Shown: positions 8,137 through 17,499 of the stretch, in pieces | Position numbering within the stretch: the stretch's first letter is position 1 | Layout: the number at the start of each line of letters is the position of its first letter | IMG/VR virus record: IMGVR_UViG_3300021962_000032 | Reading direction: 5' to 3' (one strand) | DNA length: 64,000 nt | DNA from: a virus | Program-made: the position numbers and the translations under genes | The notes under the pieces: model-generated | What the model was told of the DNA's origin: nothing | What the model saw: only the letters and a program-made list of their open reading frames with translations | The model's database searches: none

Positions 8137-8466
8137 TTATTCTCCTTTAAATTCTTTTAGATCACTTTGATTTAATTTTTTAATTTTATCAATTATCCAT
8201 TCCTCTTGATGTTTTTTAAAAGATTCGGTTTCAATCGGAATATGAACAACTTCATTTGTAGGAAGTTGTTTTGGAATTTCAATATCAACCACTTGACCCA
8301 TTAGAAAATTATTTTTAGTAATAGTTCTATTACTGGGATCAAAAGATACCATCATAAGAGCATCTTCATGTTCTGCACAATCGCAAATTTTTCTTCCAGT
8401 TTTAATTTCAATAACTGAAAAATAATCTTCAGTTTTATATTTTTTACTCAAAACTAAATCCTCCAA
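8137..8466 (-). CDS. Hypothetical protein
   Basis: 109-aa ORF tightly packed between gp41 and mazG. Confidence 0.6.
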   Translation of the reverse strand: MEDLVLSKKYKTEDYFSVIEIKTGRKICDCAEHEDALMMVSFDPSNRTITKNNFLMGQVVDIEIPKQLPTNEVVHIPIETESFKKHQEEWIIDKIKKLNQSDLKEFKGE

Positions 8467-9832
8467 ATTTGCTTTTCATTGCCGAAATTGTTTTTTCTTT
8501 GTATTCATATTCTTCGTCATGCCCAGCATCATGAATTTCATTTTGGGCAGATTGTTCTACATCATACAACCTCATTTTAGATCTGTCAATTCCAACCATA
8601 AATTTTTTATACCAACCTTTATCATTGTCTCGGTTTTTAAGTTGTTTGACTGTTATCTGTCCCAACTGCTCCAACTCATCACTACTAATAAGAGCAAACA
8701 TAAGGTCAGCAGTAGCAGGCAATCCAAAGGATTCAGAAGTATCGGTAAGTTCAGGATCAGAGTTACCATAACCAGAACGAGTAGTTTGAGTAGCAGATAC
8801 GACTGGCACACAAAACTCACAGGCAAGTCCTCTTATTTCTTCTGCAATTGCCTTAACAAGTGTATACGTATTGACATTACTTCCCGCTTTATATCGAGAG
8901 GAGGCACAAATATTAAGGTAATCGATGAAAATAATATCAGGATGAAATGATTTTTTAAGTTCTAAATCATTAAGAAGAGATCTAAAATGTCCCGCATGTG
9001 CAGAGGCAGTTGGATACTCTTTAATTATGAGTGTTCCTTGCGTTTTTTTTGCTAAACTATTTACTTTATTTTCAAATACTTTTTTTGGCAAATCTTTTAA
9101 ATCTTGAAGTGCAACATTTAAAAGATTTGCGTCAATTCGTTCAGCAATTTTCTCTTCTGCCATTTCCATTGTAATGTAGAGAACGTTCCTCCCTTGGAGC
9201 AGCACGGAGCTAGCAAAATGGCACATGAATAAAGATTTGCCGACGCCTGTACCAGCAAGTGCGACAGTAAGAGTTTTTGGAGATAAACCACCTTTGGTAA
9301 TTTTATTAAAATATTCAAGATCAAATGGAATTTTCTCTTCTTTTCTATGGTGGAATTCATAACGTTGTTCGTAATCTTCTAAGTAATCATGTCCAATGTG
9401 GTTATCAAAACTGACTGCCAATGCATCTTGAACAATTGATGGAATAGAATCTCTTTTTTTACCTCCTTCGGATTCATAAAGAGTTACCGTTTCCATAATT
9501 GCCAAATACAAGGCACGATCTTTACACCACTTTTCTGAGGTATCAACTAGCCATTCAAAGTCAACTGAAATATCTTCAAGTGTATTAATTAAGTGAATAA
9601 CGGAATTAAATTGATCTTGATTTAGTTCATTCTTTGTTTCTATCTCTACACAAAGAACTTCTCTTGTTGGCAAAGAATTGTATTCATCTACGAAAGATTT
9701 AATTGTGGAAAAAACAATTTTTTGAGATTCATCTTGAAAATATTCTTCCTTTATAAAAGGTATTACTTTTCTTAAAAATTCTTCATTGAAAAGCAAATTT
9801 CTTAAAATTAAGTACTCAATTTTTTCCATCAA
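8444..9832 (-). CDS. gp41: Replicative DnaB-like helicase gp41
   Basis: Walker A AGTGVGKS, IFIDYLNI, SATQTTRSG, TSESFGLPATAD, QLKNR. Confidence 0.97.
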   Translation of the reverse strand: MMEKIEYLILRNLLFNEEFLRKVIPFIKEEYFQDESQKIVFSTIKSFVDEYNSLPTREVLCVEIETKNELNQDQFNSVIHLINTLEDISVDFEWLVDTSEKWCKDRALYLAIMETVTLYESEGGKKRDSIPSIVQDALAVSFDNHIGHDYLEDYEQRYEFHHRKEEKIPFDLEYFNKITKGGLSPKTLTVALAGTGVGKSLFMCHFASSVLLQGRNVLYITMEMAEEKIAERIDANLLNVALQDLKDLPKKVFENKVNSLAKKTQGTLIIKEYPTASAHAGHFRSLLNDLELKKSFHPDIIFIDYLNICASSRYKAGSNVNTYTLVKAIAEEIRGLACEFCVPVVSATQTTRSGYGNSDPELTDTSESFGLPATADLMFALISSDELEQLGQITVKQLKNRDNDKGWYKKFMVGIDRSKMRLYDVEQSAQNEIHDAGHDEEYEYKEKTISAMKSKFGGFSFE

Positions 9833-10377
9833 TAATAATGCAAATAGGTTGACATAATGTATTTTTTACCTGACGTAACTTGTTTCCCAATATGAGGGTA
9901 TTGCCAAGTAGGGGGGAATATGATTAAAGACCCCGTTTTTGGTTTGATTGCAAATTTTTGCTCAGGAAAAATTGTTTCTCCTCCAGAAAAATCTTCATTT
10001 AAATAATATAAAAATGAAAGGAATCTGATGGAAGAATTTTTATCTGTCACATCAACATGCAGATCAAATCGGTCTTTCCATTCAGAATTATAGCACTTGA
10101 TTCTGAATTCTTCAAGGCAAATTTTTGGAGGAAAGTATTTTGCAAATTGACTATATTGTTTTTTATATTGATTTAAATGATTTAAAACTGTTCCCGATAA
10201 TGGAGGCACCAAATTACTAATTTGTTTGTTTATATTTAATTGCGTAAAATTTGGTGCTCCTTCATTAACGATTCTTTCCGAATGGATATAATTAGATTCA
10301 AATAATTCAATTATTTTTTTGCAAGTATTGGTTGAAATTGCATCATCTATCTTAAGAATAAAATCTTTAGCTTCCAT
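9829..10377 (-). CDS. 2OG-Fe(II) oxygenase (prolyl-hydroxylase-like)
   Basis: HxD (LHVD), '[13 protein letters not shown]', 'FPPTWQYPH', KY; start taken at MEAKDF. Confidence 0.9.
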   Translation of the reverse strand: MEAKDFILKIDDAISTNTCKKIIELFESNYIHSERIVNEGAPNFTQLNINKQISNLVPPLSGTVLNHLNQYKKQYSQFAKYFPPKICLEEFRIKCYNSEWKDRFDLHVDVTDKNSSIRFLSFLYYLNEDFSGGETIFPEQKFAIKPKTGSLIIFPPTWQYPHIGKQVTSGKKYIMSTYLHYY

Positions 10378-11371
10378 AAGAAAACTCTTTTTGTGCAATC
10401 TCATCTAAAGCTTGCATTACTTCAGCAGTAAAATATTCTTCAGGATTTGCAAGAATCTGTTTTGCATAGATCTTCTTACCATCCATTTCATAACGACCCG
10501 CTACATTCTTCCAGAGTCCACCAAGTTCACCAAGTTCCAGAAGACCATAGTAACGATCAAGGCCGCGCTCATCATAATACAGACGGACTTCAACATCTTG
10601 ATTCTCCTTGCTTAAACGCGATTTATGAGTCTTTGCCTTGATAATGTTTCCGATGACTTCAGTTCCGTCCTTTTCCTTTTTCTTGCTGAGATAGATGATA
10701 GTAGAAGCGGCGTACTTAAGACCACTACCACCACCCATTTCTTTTGTAGGAACATATGCGCCAATAACATCATAAGTGTGATTAGTAACTAACATGGGGA
10801 TTTTTGCTTGACCCAGTTTAAGAGTCAGCATACGGAAAGCACCTTTAATCAGTTGAGATTTGGTCATGTCCCGAACTTCTTTATCGTTCAGAGCATCATT
10901 AATCTCTTTGCTTGTAGAGAGCATCCCCAAAGAGTCTAGCACAAACATACAAGGACTGCGTTCTCCTTCAGGTTTCTTCATATACATATCAACTGCTTTC
11001 AATGCTTTTCCACGAAACTCCTCAACAGTTACGACATTGACAACCACCAAACGAGTTGTGTCAACTCCCCTACTTTCCAGAAGGGATTTTGTGATTGCTG
11101 CTTCAGTATCAAAATACAGACAATATCCATCAGGATTATTATCAAGGAAATTTTTAACGACGGCGAGAGAGAAGAAAGTTTTGCCGGTAGAACTTTCGCC
11201 TGCGATTGCAGTAATCTTATTCCCAGATACACCACCAAATATGCTGCCGGATACAAGAGCATTGAAAATGTACGAACCAGTATCCACAAAGGTTTCAGTT
11301 TCATTAATCTCTGAAGCAAGTTGGGTGTATTCTCCACCAATTTCTTTTACAATATCTTTAAGAAAGTCCAT
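10367..11371 (-). CDS. uvsX: RecA-like recombinase UvsX
   Basis: GESSTGKT P-loop, [24 protein letters not shown]. Confidence 0.97.
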   Translation of the reverse strand: MDFLKDIVKEIGGEYTQLASEINETETFVDTGSYIFNALVSGSIFGGVSGNKITAIAGESSTGKTFFSLAVVKNFLDNNPDGYCLYFDTEAAITKSLLESRGVDTTRLVVVNVVTVEEFRGKALKAVDMYMKKPEGERSPCMFVLDSLGMLSTSKEINDALNDKEVRDMTKSQLIKGAFRMLTLKLGQAKIPMLVTNHTYDVIGAYVPTKEMGGGSGLKYAASTIIYLSKKKEKDGTEVIGNIIKAKTHKSRLSKENQDVEVRLYYDERGLDRYYGLLELGELGGLWKNVAGRYEMDGKKIYAKQILANPEEYFTAEVMQALDEIAQKEFSYGS

Positions 11372-11396
11372 ATTTCAAATTAAGTTAAGTTTGCAT

Positions 11397-13895
11397 TTAA
11401 ATATCAAAGGATATTCTTTTTTCGTGTTCCCATCCAATAGCATTCAAAATAATTTTAAGAGGTTCAAGGAATCCCTTTTCAAATTGAAGATCATAATCTA
11501 TAAATTTATTCAATCCCAATTCTTTAGGAAAATCTTGAATGAAAGAAATCACATTTTCATAAATTGGATTGGGTAATTTAAGATAGCAGTATTTAATTTT
11601 TTCACCATTTTGAATTGCTGAGTATTTATTTGTTAGATTATTTTTTTTGATATAATGATTGAAAAGAAGTGCTCCTCTTACATGAATTGGACATCCCTTT
11701 CCAGTATTTTTCAAATAAATTGTTGATGATGATCTCCATTTAACGACATCAGTTACGGATTTTGGAAATGAAATCTCTTCTGGTGAATACTTCCTAAATT
11801 CAGATCTGGACTTATCAATGAATTTAATAATATCATCTTCAGTGCCACTCATCATAAGTTTCAAAGCATCCTTAATCATCTTCCTACAAGGTGCAGGAGT
11901 AGAAGATTTGATCGCTTCAATTCCCTTGATTTTAAGTTTAGGTTCTTCATATTGAACACCTTCACTATTCCAAACACTTAGAATGTATCTCTTTTTGGCA
12001 GTCCATATTCCACGTTCAGAAATACATTCACGTTTCATGATCATTTTTTGATCATAAGCATTTACGTAGTCAGCCAATTCTTGGTAAGAACTTTCAATAT
12101 ATTTTTCAAATTCCACCTTACACACCTTATCAAGGAACGAAACAACGTCTTGAGTAATTTTCTCTCTTCCCTTGAATATACTTTCAACCAAAGGACCCAT
12201 ATTAATATACAAAGAGTCAGTATCAGAAGCAATAACATAATCAACCTCGTTTGTTTTGAGAACTTTATTTAAATAAGAATTCATCTTATTCATAATCCAC
12301 TGAATCGAGACCTGTCCAGACAGTGTGATTGCCTCAGCATTTGCCAGCTTGAAATAACGGAAATACTGATTACCAATGGCACCATAAGCAGAGTTGAGTT
12401 GAATCTTACGTGCCATCTGGATGTTATTGCATCGAGCAACTTCTTTCAGTAACTCTTTCTTCTTTGTTTTTTCATACTCTTGCTCTGCAATAAGCATCTT
12501 CTTCTTGAAGATCACACGTTCATTGTAGATCTTCTCCATCAGTTCGGGAAGGAATCCACGAACATCTTTACGATACATTGCTCCATTAGGACACACCGCA
12601 TAATTTTGATACTTTCCAAAGTCAAGATCTTGATTTAAGATCCTCTCAACATTTGCAGTTGGATGTCTTTCTTCCAAGAGGGTTTCTGGGGAGATGTTGT
12701 ATTGCATAATGAGGTGAGGGTAAAGGCTATTAAGGTCAAAGCTGACCACCCAATCATACACCCCAGGAATCGGTTCTTTGACATAAGCACCCGCATATTT
12801 TTCATCCTTAGAGACATTTTCCTTTGGAGGAATCACGATGTTTCGTTTCTTCAAATAGTTATAAATGATGCTATCCCACATGCGAACTTGATAGAAAACA
12901 TCGACAAAGTTTACCTTTGCGTCAAATGCCATCGTTACAGCAAGTTCAATGAGTTTCATCTTGTCTTCCAAACGGTCAACAAGTTCTACGTCCTTGATGT
13001 TATATTCTACAAACTTTTGCCATCCCTGAGTATAAAACTCCTTGAAAGTATCAAACTCCGAGTGATCAAGTTTCTTTTGCCCAAGTTCTACTTGAGCAAT
13101 GTAATCAAGACGGTAAGATTCCTGTGCAGAATAAGTAAACTTTTTATAGAGTGCAAGGTAGTCCAACTGAGTCAGACCGCCAACATCATAAGTAATCTGC
13201 TCTCTATTATTTGCAAAAACTTTGTTTTCACTTACAAGTCCCCAAGGTGAAAAACTTTTCATTCGTTTCTCACCAAGGACCCTTGCAAGTCGTCCACAAA
13301 TATATGGAATATCATAAAACTCAATATTCCATCCAGTGACTACTTCTGGAATATTATTTTCCCAGTAATAAAGAAATTTGACCAGAAGATCATGCTCACT
13401 ATCACATTGAATATATTTTACATTATTCTGCTTATTATTAAATGGACCATTTCCCCAAGTAATAATTTCCTTAGTAGTATAATCTTGAATCGTAATTAGA
13501 AGAATTTCTTCGATACAATCTTTTGGATCGGGGAATCCATTCTCTGAAGCAACCTCAATATCAATAGTGTAAAGTTTAATTTTACCAATATCAAACTTTA
13601 TTTCATCCTCTGGATACTTATCGGAAATATATTGGTAGATATACCGATCATTTCCATAAATTTTAAAATTGTCTACATCATCATATTTTTTATAAAATTC
13701 CCTACAATCTTTTACGGATCCAGGTTTAATCTCCTGGACATATTCGCCCTCAAGAGTTTTATGCTTTGTTTTTTTATTTGATTTTATAAAAAGAGTTGGA
13801 GAATACTCTTCTTTAAACATTACTTGTTTTCCATTTTCATAACCACGAACGAGAAATTGATTCCCGATCATTTGCACATTGGTATAAAATCTCAT
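11397..13895 (-). CDS. gp43: Family B DNA polymerase gp43
   Basis: Exo I DIEV, SFDLNSLYP, KIQLNSAYG, SDTDS, KKRY; no intein. Confidence 0.98.
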   Translation of the reverse strand: MRFYTNVQMIGNQFLVRGYENGKQVMFKEEYSPTLFIKSNKKTKHKTLEGEYVQEIKPGSVKDCREFYKKYDDVDNFKIYGNDRYIYQYISDKYPEDEIKFDIGKIKLYTIDIEVASENGFPDPKDCIEEILLITIQDYTTKEIITWGNGPFNNKQNNVKYIQCDSEHDLLVKFLYYWENNIPEVVTGWNIEFYDIPYICGRLARVLGEKRMKSFSPWGLVSENKVFANNREQITYDVGGLTQLDYLALYKKFTYSAQESYRLDYIAQVELGQKKLDHSEFDTFKEFYTQGWQKFVEYNIKDVELVDRLEDKMKLIELAVTMAFDAKVNFVDVFYQVRMWDSIIYNYLKKRNIVIPPKENVSKDEKYAGAYVKEPIPGVYDWVVSFDLNSLYPHLIMQYNISPETLLEERHPTANVERILNQDLDFGKYQNYAVCPNGAMYRKDVRGFLPELMEKIYNERVIFKKKMLIAEQEYEKTKKKELLKEVARCNNIQMARKIQLNSAYGAIGNQYFRYFKLANAEAITLSGQVSIQWIMNKMNSYLNKVLKTNEVDYVIASDTDSLYINMGPLVESIFKGREKITQDVVSFLDKVCKVEFEKYIESSYQELADYVNAYDQKMIMKRECISERGIWTAKKRYILSVWNSEGVQYEEPKLKIKGIEAIKSSTPAPCRKMIKDALKLMMSGTEDDIIKFIDKSRSEFRKYSPEEISFPKSVTDVVKWRSSSTIYLKNTGKGCPIHVRGALLFNHYIKKNNLTNKYSAIQNGEKIKYCYLKLPNPIYENVISFIQDFPKELGLNKFIDYDLQFEKGFLEPLKIILNAIGWEHEKRISFDI

Positions 13896-14179
13896 TTAGT
13901 AAGTTCTTCGTATTTTTCCAGTAATGTTGCTCTTGGTTTAAAAAGAGTAAGAATTTTATCAGAATGAATATCAAAATAAGATACACCCGGAGGAGTATAA
14001 TTATCTAACCAAGATGACATTTCCATATTGGTTTGATCAACCAAATATGGATTGACTAATCGACAATCTGGTTCCCCAAGTTCTGATGAAATCTGCTCAA
14101 CTTCAGATATCAGAAGTTGATTGTTCATCAACATTAACATCATTATCATTTTGAGATTCTGTTCCGTCTGTTGTTCCAT
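13892..14179 (-). CDS. Small Sm-like-fold family protein (paralog 4)
   Basis: Shares the L-x-x-[GN]-[EQ]-x-h-I ... NP ... W ... hhT-x-x-x-P ... Y pattern with three other ORFs in the window. Confidence 0.6.
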   Translation of the reverse strand: MEQQTEQNLKMIMMLMLMNNQLLISEVEQISSELGEPDCRLVNPYLVDQTNMEMSSWLDNYTPPGVSYFDIHSDKILTLFKPRATLLEKYEELTK

Positions 14180-14489
14180 TTCCTAATACCTGTTTATTAT
14201 ACATTTCTTCCAATTCTGGAGTCGGATTAACAAAGGTTACAACCCAATCCGAAGGAATTTCTACTTCTTCATCTTTAGACAAAGAAGGCCAAGGATATAA
14301 AGATACACTTAATTGATTAACTTTATTAAGTAATTCAGTATCTCCTTCTTTAATCTGAAATTCACCATTTATAACCACAGAACATGGTCTATTGAATTGA
14401 TACTTGACGAGTGTTTCTCCTGCAAATAATCCCATTGCATCGGTAATTAGTTGCTCACCACTCTTTAAAATTGCAATTTTAACTGCCAT
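14103..14489 (-). CDS. Small Sm-like-fold family protein (paralog 3)
   Basis: 'VKIAILKSGEQLI...PWPSLSKD..V.IPSDWVVTFVNP'; SD AGGAG spacing favours the MAVK start. Confidence 0.65.
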   Translation of the reverse strand: MAVKIAILKSGEQLITDAMGLFAGETLVKYQFNRPCSVVINGEFQIKEGDTELLNKVNQLSVSLYPWPSLSKDEEVEIPSDWVVTFVNPTPELEEMYNKQVLGNGTTDGTESQNDNDVNVDEQSTSDI

Positions 14490-14510
14490 AAATTTCATGC
14501 TCCTAACGAT

Positions 14511-14539
14511 ATTATATCAAGAAAAAAGAGGGGTGTCAA
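14511..14539 (-). promoter_or_regulatory. Consensus sigma70-type promoter for the DNA polymerase operon
   Basis: TTGACA (14534-14539), 17-nt spacer, TATAAT (14511-14516). Confidence 0.9.
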
Positions 14540-14590
14540 CTGGATTTTGCCAGTGTCCCCTCGGCCGACGATATTTGGGTAATCCCCAAA
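14521..14590 (-). ncRNA. Putative structured late small RNA ending in a terminator hairpin
   Basis: Late promoter at 14593-14600, hairpin TTTGGGG-ATTA-CCCAAA, long hairpin GAGGGGACACTGG-CAAAAT-CCAGTTGACACCCCTC followed by T6. Confidence 0.45.
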
Positions 14591-14592
14591 TT

Positions 14593-14600
14593 TATTTATA
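14593..14600 (-). promoter_or_regulatory. T4-type late promoter TATAAATA
   Basis: Exact consensus immediately after the FkbM stop codon. Confidence 0.7.
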
Positions 14601-15191
14601 CTAGTAGTTTAATTTTTCAAAAGCCCAATCATATGGATGGAGAGCTTGAACTTGAGTATACCTCATTCCATGAAGCATATTTCTTATAGGATCACCATAG
14701 TATTCTAAATGTATAAATTCAAATTCTATTCTTTTTATATCATATTTTTTCCAATCAAAAGTCAACATGACTTCACCATCCATCCCCTCAACATCAAGAT
14801 ATAACCAATCCAAATAATTTATTTTATGTTCCATCAATAAATTATCAAGTGTAATACACGGAGATTTAAAAGAATTTATCTCAGTATCACAACCAGGACA
14901 ATGCATATGTTTGTACAAATGCTCAATCTTAGATGATGCCTTTTCATAGGAGGAAATAGAATCTCCTTCAAAATAGAAGATTTCCATTTCCTCTTCTTTT
15001 TGAAGGGGAGTTTTTATAGCTCTCTGATCAAAAATGCAATTTTCGTACCTACTATAACATTCCTTTAAAGAATCTATAAGTAGGGGATTTGGTTCTACAA
15101 AAATTCCCAAGTCAATTTGTTCATAATTTGATAGCAAATAATTCGATAGATCATCGTAACCTTTATTTGCACCAACTTGCACTATTCTCAT
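14601..15191 (-). CDS. FkbM-family SAM-dependent methyltransferase
   Basis: 'IVQVGANKG', 'FVEPNP', 'ITLDNL', 'YLDVEGMD', 'IEFEFIH'. Confidence 0.88.
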   Translation of the reverse strand: MRIVQVGANKGYDDLSNYLLSNYEQIDLGIFVEPNPLLIDSLKECYSRYENCIFDQRAIKTPLQKEEEMEIFYFEGDSISSYEKASSKIEHLYKHMHCPGCDTEINSFKSPCITLDNLLMEHKINYLDWLYLDVEGMDGEVMLTFDWKKYDIKRIEFEFIHLEYYGDPIRNMLHGMRYTQVQALHPYDWAFEKLNY

Positions 15192-15218
15192 TTTTATTAA
15201 TAAAAAATAATTACCCTT

Positions 15219-15226
15219 TATTTATA
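15219..15226 (-). promoter_or_regulatory. Late promoter TATAAATA overlapping the hsp20 stop codon, upstream of FkbM
   Basis: Exact consensus. Confidence 0.65.
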
Positions 15227-15659
15227 GGTAATCTTTTCGTTTATGAGATTCTGGGACAATTTTACCAAGAACAACACTCAACAATCCATCCTCAAATTCA
15301 ACTGATCTAACTTCTGTGTCATCTGCGAGAGTCCAAGATCTGGTGAAGGATCGTTGCGCCAATCCTTTGTGTACGTAGGTGGACTCCGTTTCCTTGTCTT
15401 CTTTTTGCCCTTCCACAAAGAGTTTTCCGTCTTGCGTGTAGACAAAAACTTCCTTTTTCTTAAATCCTGCGAGTGCGATTTCCAAACGTGATTCGACATT
15501 GCTTAACGTAACTAAGTTATATGGGGGATAATTTGAAGTTGTTTCGTGAAGATTCCAGAATCTATCAAAAAAGTAATCATCAAAACCAATACCATATCGA
15601 TGAATCCTATCCATAAGGGTAGGAAGATCCGACGTAGTTAATCGTGCGAGATTAGTCAT
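15222..15659 (-). CDS. hsp20: Small heat shock protein Hsp20
   Basis: 'NYPPYN...LEIALAGF...HKGLAQRSFTRSWTL...FEDGLL'; SD AAGGAG favours the MTNL start. Confidence 0.95.
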   Translation of the reverse strand: MTNLARLTTSDLPTLMDRIHRYGIGFDDYFFDRFWNLHETTSNYPPYNLVTLSNVESRLEIALAGFKKKEVFVYTQDGKLFVEGQKEDKETESTYVHKGLAQRSFTRSWTLADDTEVRSVEFEDGLLSVVLGKIVPESHKRKDYL

Positions 15660-15760
15660 TATAGTAGCTCCTTTTAAAGCGAGTTTGTATTTTGTGGACC
15701 CCGAAGGCATCCTTTAGCGAATGGGGGGGTAGATCTACCTCTCACCCATCATTATTATAT
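15660..15760 (-). promoter_or_regulatory. Structured hsp20 5' leader with a TATAAT hexamer (15754-15759)
   Basis: Palindrome GGTAGATCTACC, cUUCGg hairpin (15696-15712), SD-pairing hairpin (15668-15683). Confidence 0.5.
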
Positions 15761-15772
15761 ATCACAAAGCAT

Positions 15773-15797
15773 AAAAAAAGGGAGTGTGGAACTCCCT
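15773..15797 (-). terminator. Rho-independent terminator after regA
   Basis: AGGGAGT-TCCAC-ACTCCCT followed by a T-run. Confidence 0.85.
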
Positions 15798-15803
15798 ACA
15801 AAA

Positions 15804-16241
15804 TCATTCGGGTACTACCCTTTTTTTAACACCGATATTATATTTTTGCTCAAGAATCCAATCATTCTTTTCTTTATAAGCAATAACTTTGATTTGATTC
15901 AAAGGTGCAATGTCCATTACTTTATCTTCGTTTACGACTTCAATTAATCCCCAATCGGAAAGGAGTCGAATAATTCTGTTTCTGCGTTGAACATCATTCA
16001 CAGTAAGATTTGCATGTTTGCCATCAAGAGCAAACAGTTCTTTGAAGTGAGTGATGTAATATCTTCCCTGCTTGTGAAGAATATGAGCACTTTGGTATAG
16101 CTTTTTTTCCTTTCTGGATGCTACACCAATTCTCGTAAGTGTTTCCCTTACTTTCAAGAAATCGTCTGGTTCCCTAAGGGTAACTTCCACCATCATATCG
16201 GGAGACCAATTTACTTGAGGTTCAATAGTTTGTGTTGTCAT
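15804..16241 (-). CDS. regA: Translational repressor RegA
   Basis: 'PDDFLKVRETLTRIGVAS...LYQSAHILHKQGRYYITHFKELF'. Confidence 0.96.
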   Translation of the reverse strand: MTTQTIEPQVNWSPDMMVEVTLREPDDFLKVRETLTRIGVASRKEKKLYQSAHILHKQGRYYITHFKELFALDGKHANLTVNDVQRRNRIIRLLSDWGLIEVVNEDKVMDIAPLNQIKVIAYKEKNDWILEQKYNIGVKKRVVPE

Positions 16242-16621
16242 TTTGTTCCACCAGTATCAAGTCGTTGTTTAATCCAATTAATTTGATCATTTCTAAGGAT
16301 CTTCAAAGCCTGGGATGCCTTTTCATTACTATAACCATAGTATTGCTTAACACATTCCAAATCCTTTACACTATCCTTACGGAGCCAGGGAGAAAATCTC
16401 TTCTTTTTCCTCAAAGTATTTAGCAGAAAAGAATATTGCATATCTTTGTCTAAGTCAGAATACTTATTCATTTCATTGACAAAAAGAACGCAGTCTATGT
16501 GTCCAGAAAGACATCGATTAATAATATATGGATTATATTCTTTTTTAAGAGATGGATCTTCCTCCATCAAATTCTTTTTTGAAGAATTAATTGAATTTAA
16601 CCAATCCTTAAGTTCAATCAT
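16238..16621 (-). CDS. gp62: Clamp loader small subunit gp62
   Basis: 'YNPYIINRCLS...NEMN...RKKKRFSPW...YYGYSNEKA'; synteny. Confidence 0.93.
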   Translation of the reverse strand: MIELKDWLNSINSSKKNLMEEDPSLKKEYNPYIINRCLSGHIDCVLFVNEMNKYSDLDKDMQYSFLLNTLRKKKRFSPWLRKDSVKDLECVKQYYGYSNEKASQALKILRNDQINWIKQRLDTGGTK

Positions 16622-17498
16622 AAAGTAATTTTTCTAATGGATTCTTTTCTTCTATAGTGTAATTAGTTACAAGTAATTCAGTTTTTAAATTATCATCTGT
16701 ACCCTTTTCACCTCTATGTGCCATAGAGTAACGAAGCTTCCATTCCTTGCAATTATAATCTTTATAGAGATCCAACAATCTATCATTAAGATTGTACGTG
16801 ATCATAAACTTATGGGGACAATCATAAACATCTTCAGCAAATTTGATGTGATCAAATCCTTTATGCATTTCTCTATTTTTGCCATAGAGAAAATCTTTGA
16901 TGTCATATGGAGGATCTAAGAAAACAAATACGTTTTCTCCATCGGCATTCATAACTTCGGAATAATCAATATTTGTGATCTTCCAATTTTTAATCAGACG
17001 AGAAAACTTTTTAATTTTTTCGGCACCCATTAAAGAGAAATTAGCATTTGCTGCAGTGACTGAGAATGTACTGTTTTCAGTAAGACCAGAAAAGCTGCAT
17101 TTGTTCATAATAAAAAATGCAACTGCCTTCTCAAGATTATCATAGGTATCAATTTCAATTTGATACCTATCAAATAATTCTTTGGCAAACTTATCCATTT
17201 CGTCTTGGGTTTCTTTGTCAAGCATATTTTGCTTTTCTTCTTTTACCCGTTCAGAAAGTTCTTCTCCATGATCACGAAGTTGAATCCAAAAATTGTAGAG
17301 AGGAACGTAGAGATCATTAATCCAAATAGGAACTCCTCGATATGCTTGTGCGGTATAAATTGCCATTGATCCACCACCAATGAATGGTTCGCGATATTCC
17401 TTAAATGAAATAGGATACCATTCAGAAAGTGTTTTTATGGCTTTTGATTTACCACCAGGATACCTTAAGGGAGTTTTTAATGGATAACGTGACGACAT
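16614..17498 (-). CDS. dam: Dam-family DNA adenine methyltransferase
   Basis: RYPGGKS, EPFIGGGS, INDL, DPPY. Confidence 0.9.
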   Translation of the reverse strand: MSSRYPLKTPLRYPGGKSKAIKTLSEWYPISFKEYREPFIGGGSMAIYTAQAYRGVPIWINDLYVPLYNFWIQLRDHGEELSERVKEEKQNMLDKETQDEMDKFAKELFDRYQIEIDTYDNLEKAVAFFIMNKCSFSGLTENSTFSVTAANANFSLMGAEKIKKFSRLIKNWKITNIDYSEVMNADGENVFVFLDPPYDIKDFLYGKNREMHKGFDHIKFAEDVYDCPHKFMITYNLNDRLLDLYKDYNCKEWKLRYSMAHRGEKGTDDNLKTELLVTNYTIEEKNPLEKLLYD

Positions 17499-17499
17499 A

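Noticed and set aside
10860-11576. 238-aa plus-strand ORF (also 12663..13250, 18718..19416, 8519..8950, 33677..34135 and other plus-strand ORFs)
   Set aside because: Antisense shadows of well-conserved minus-strand genes (uvsX, g43, denV-like, g41, g19), with no recognisable motifs.
14521-14590. Assignment to a named Rfam motif (glnA, wcaG, manA, abiF, c-di-GMP riboswitch)
   Set aside because: I could not match diagnostic consensus features by eye; an Infernal search is needed.
15660-15710. 17-aa N-terminal extension of Hsp20 given in the ORF track
   Set aside because: The SD AAGGAG supports the ATG at 15659; the upstream ATG lies inside the leader hairpin.
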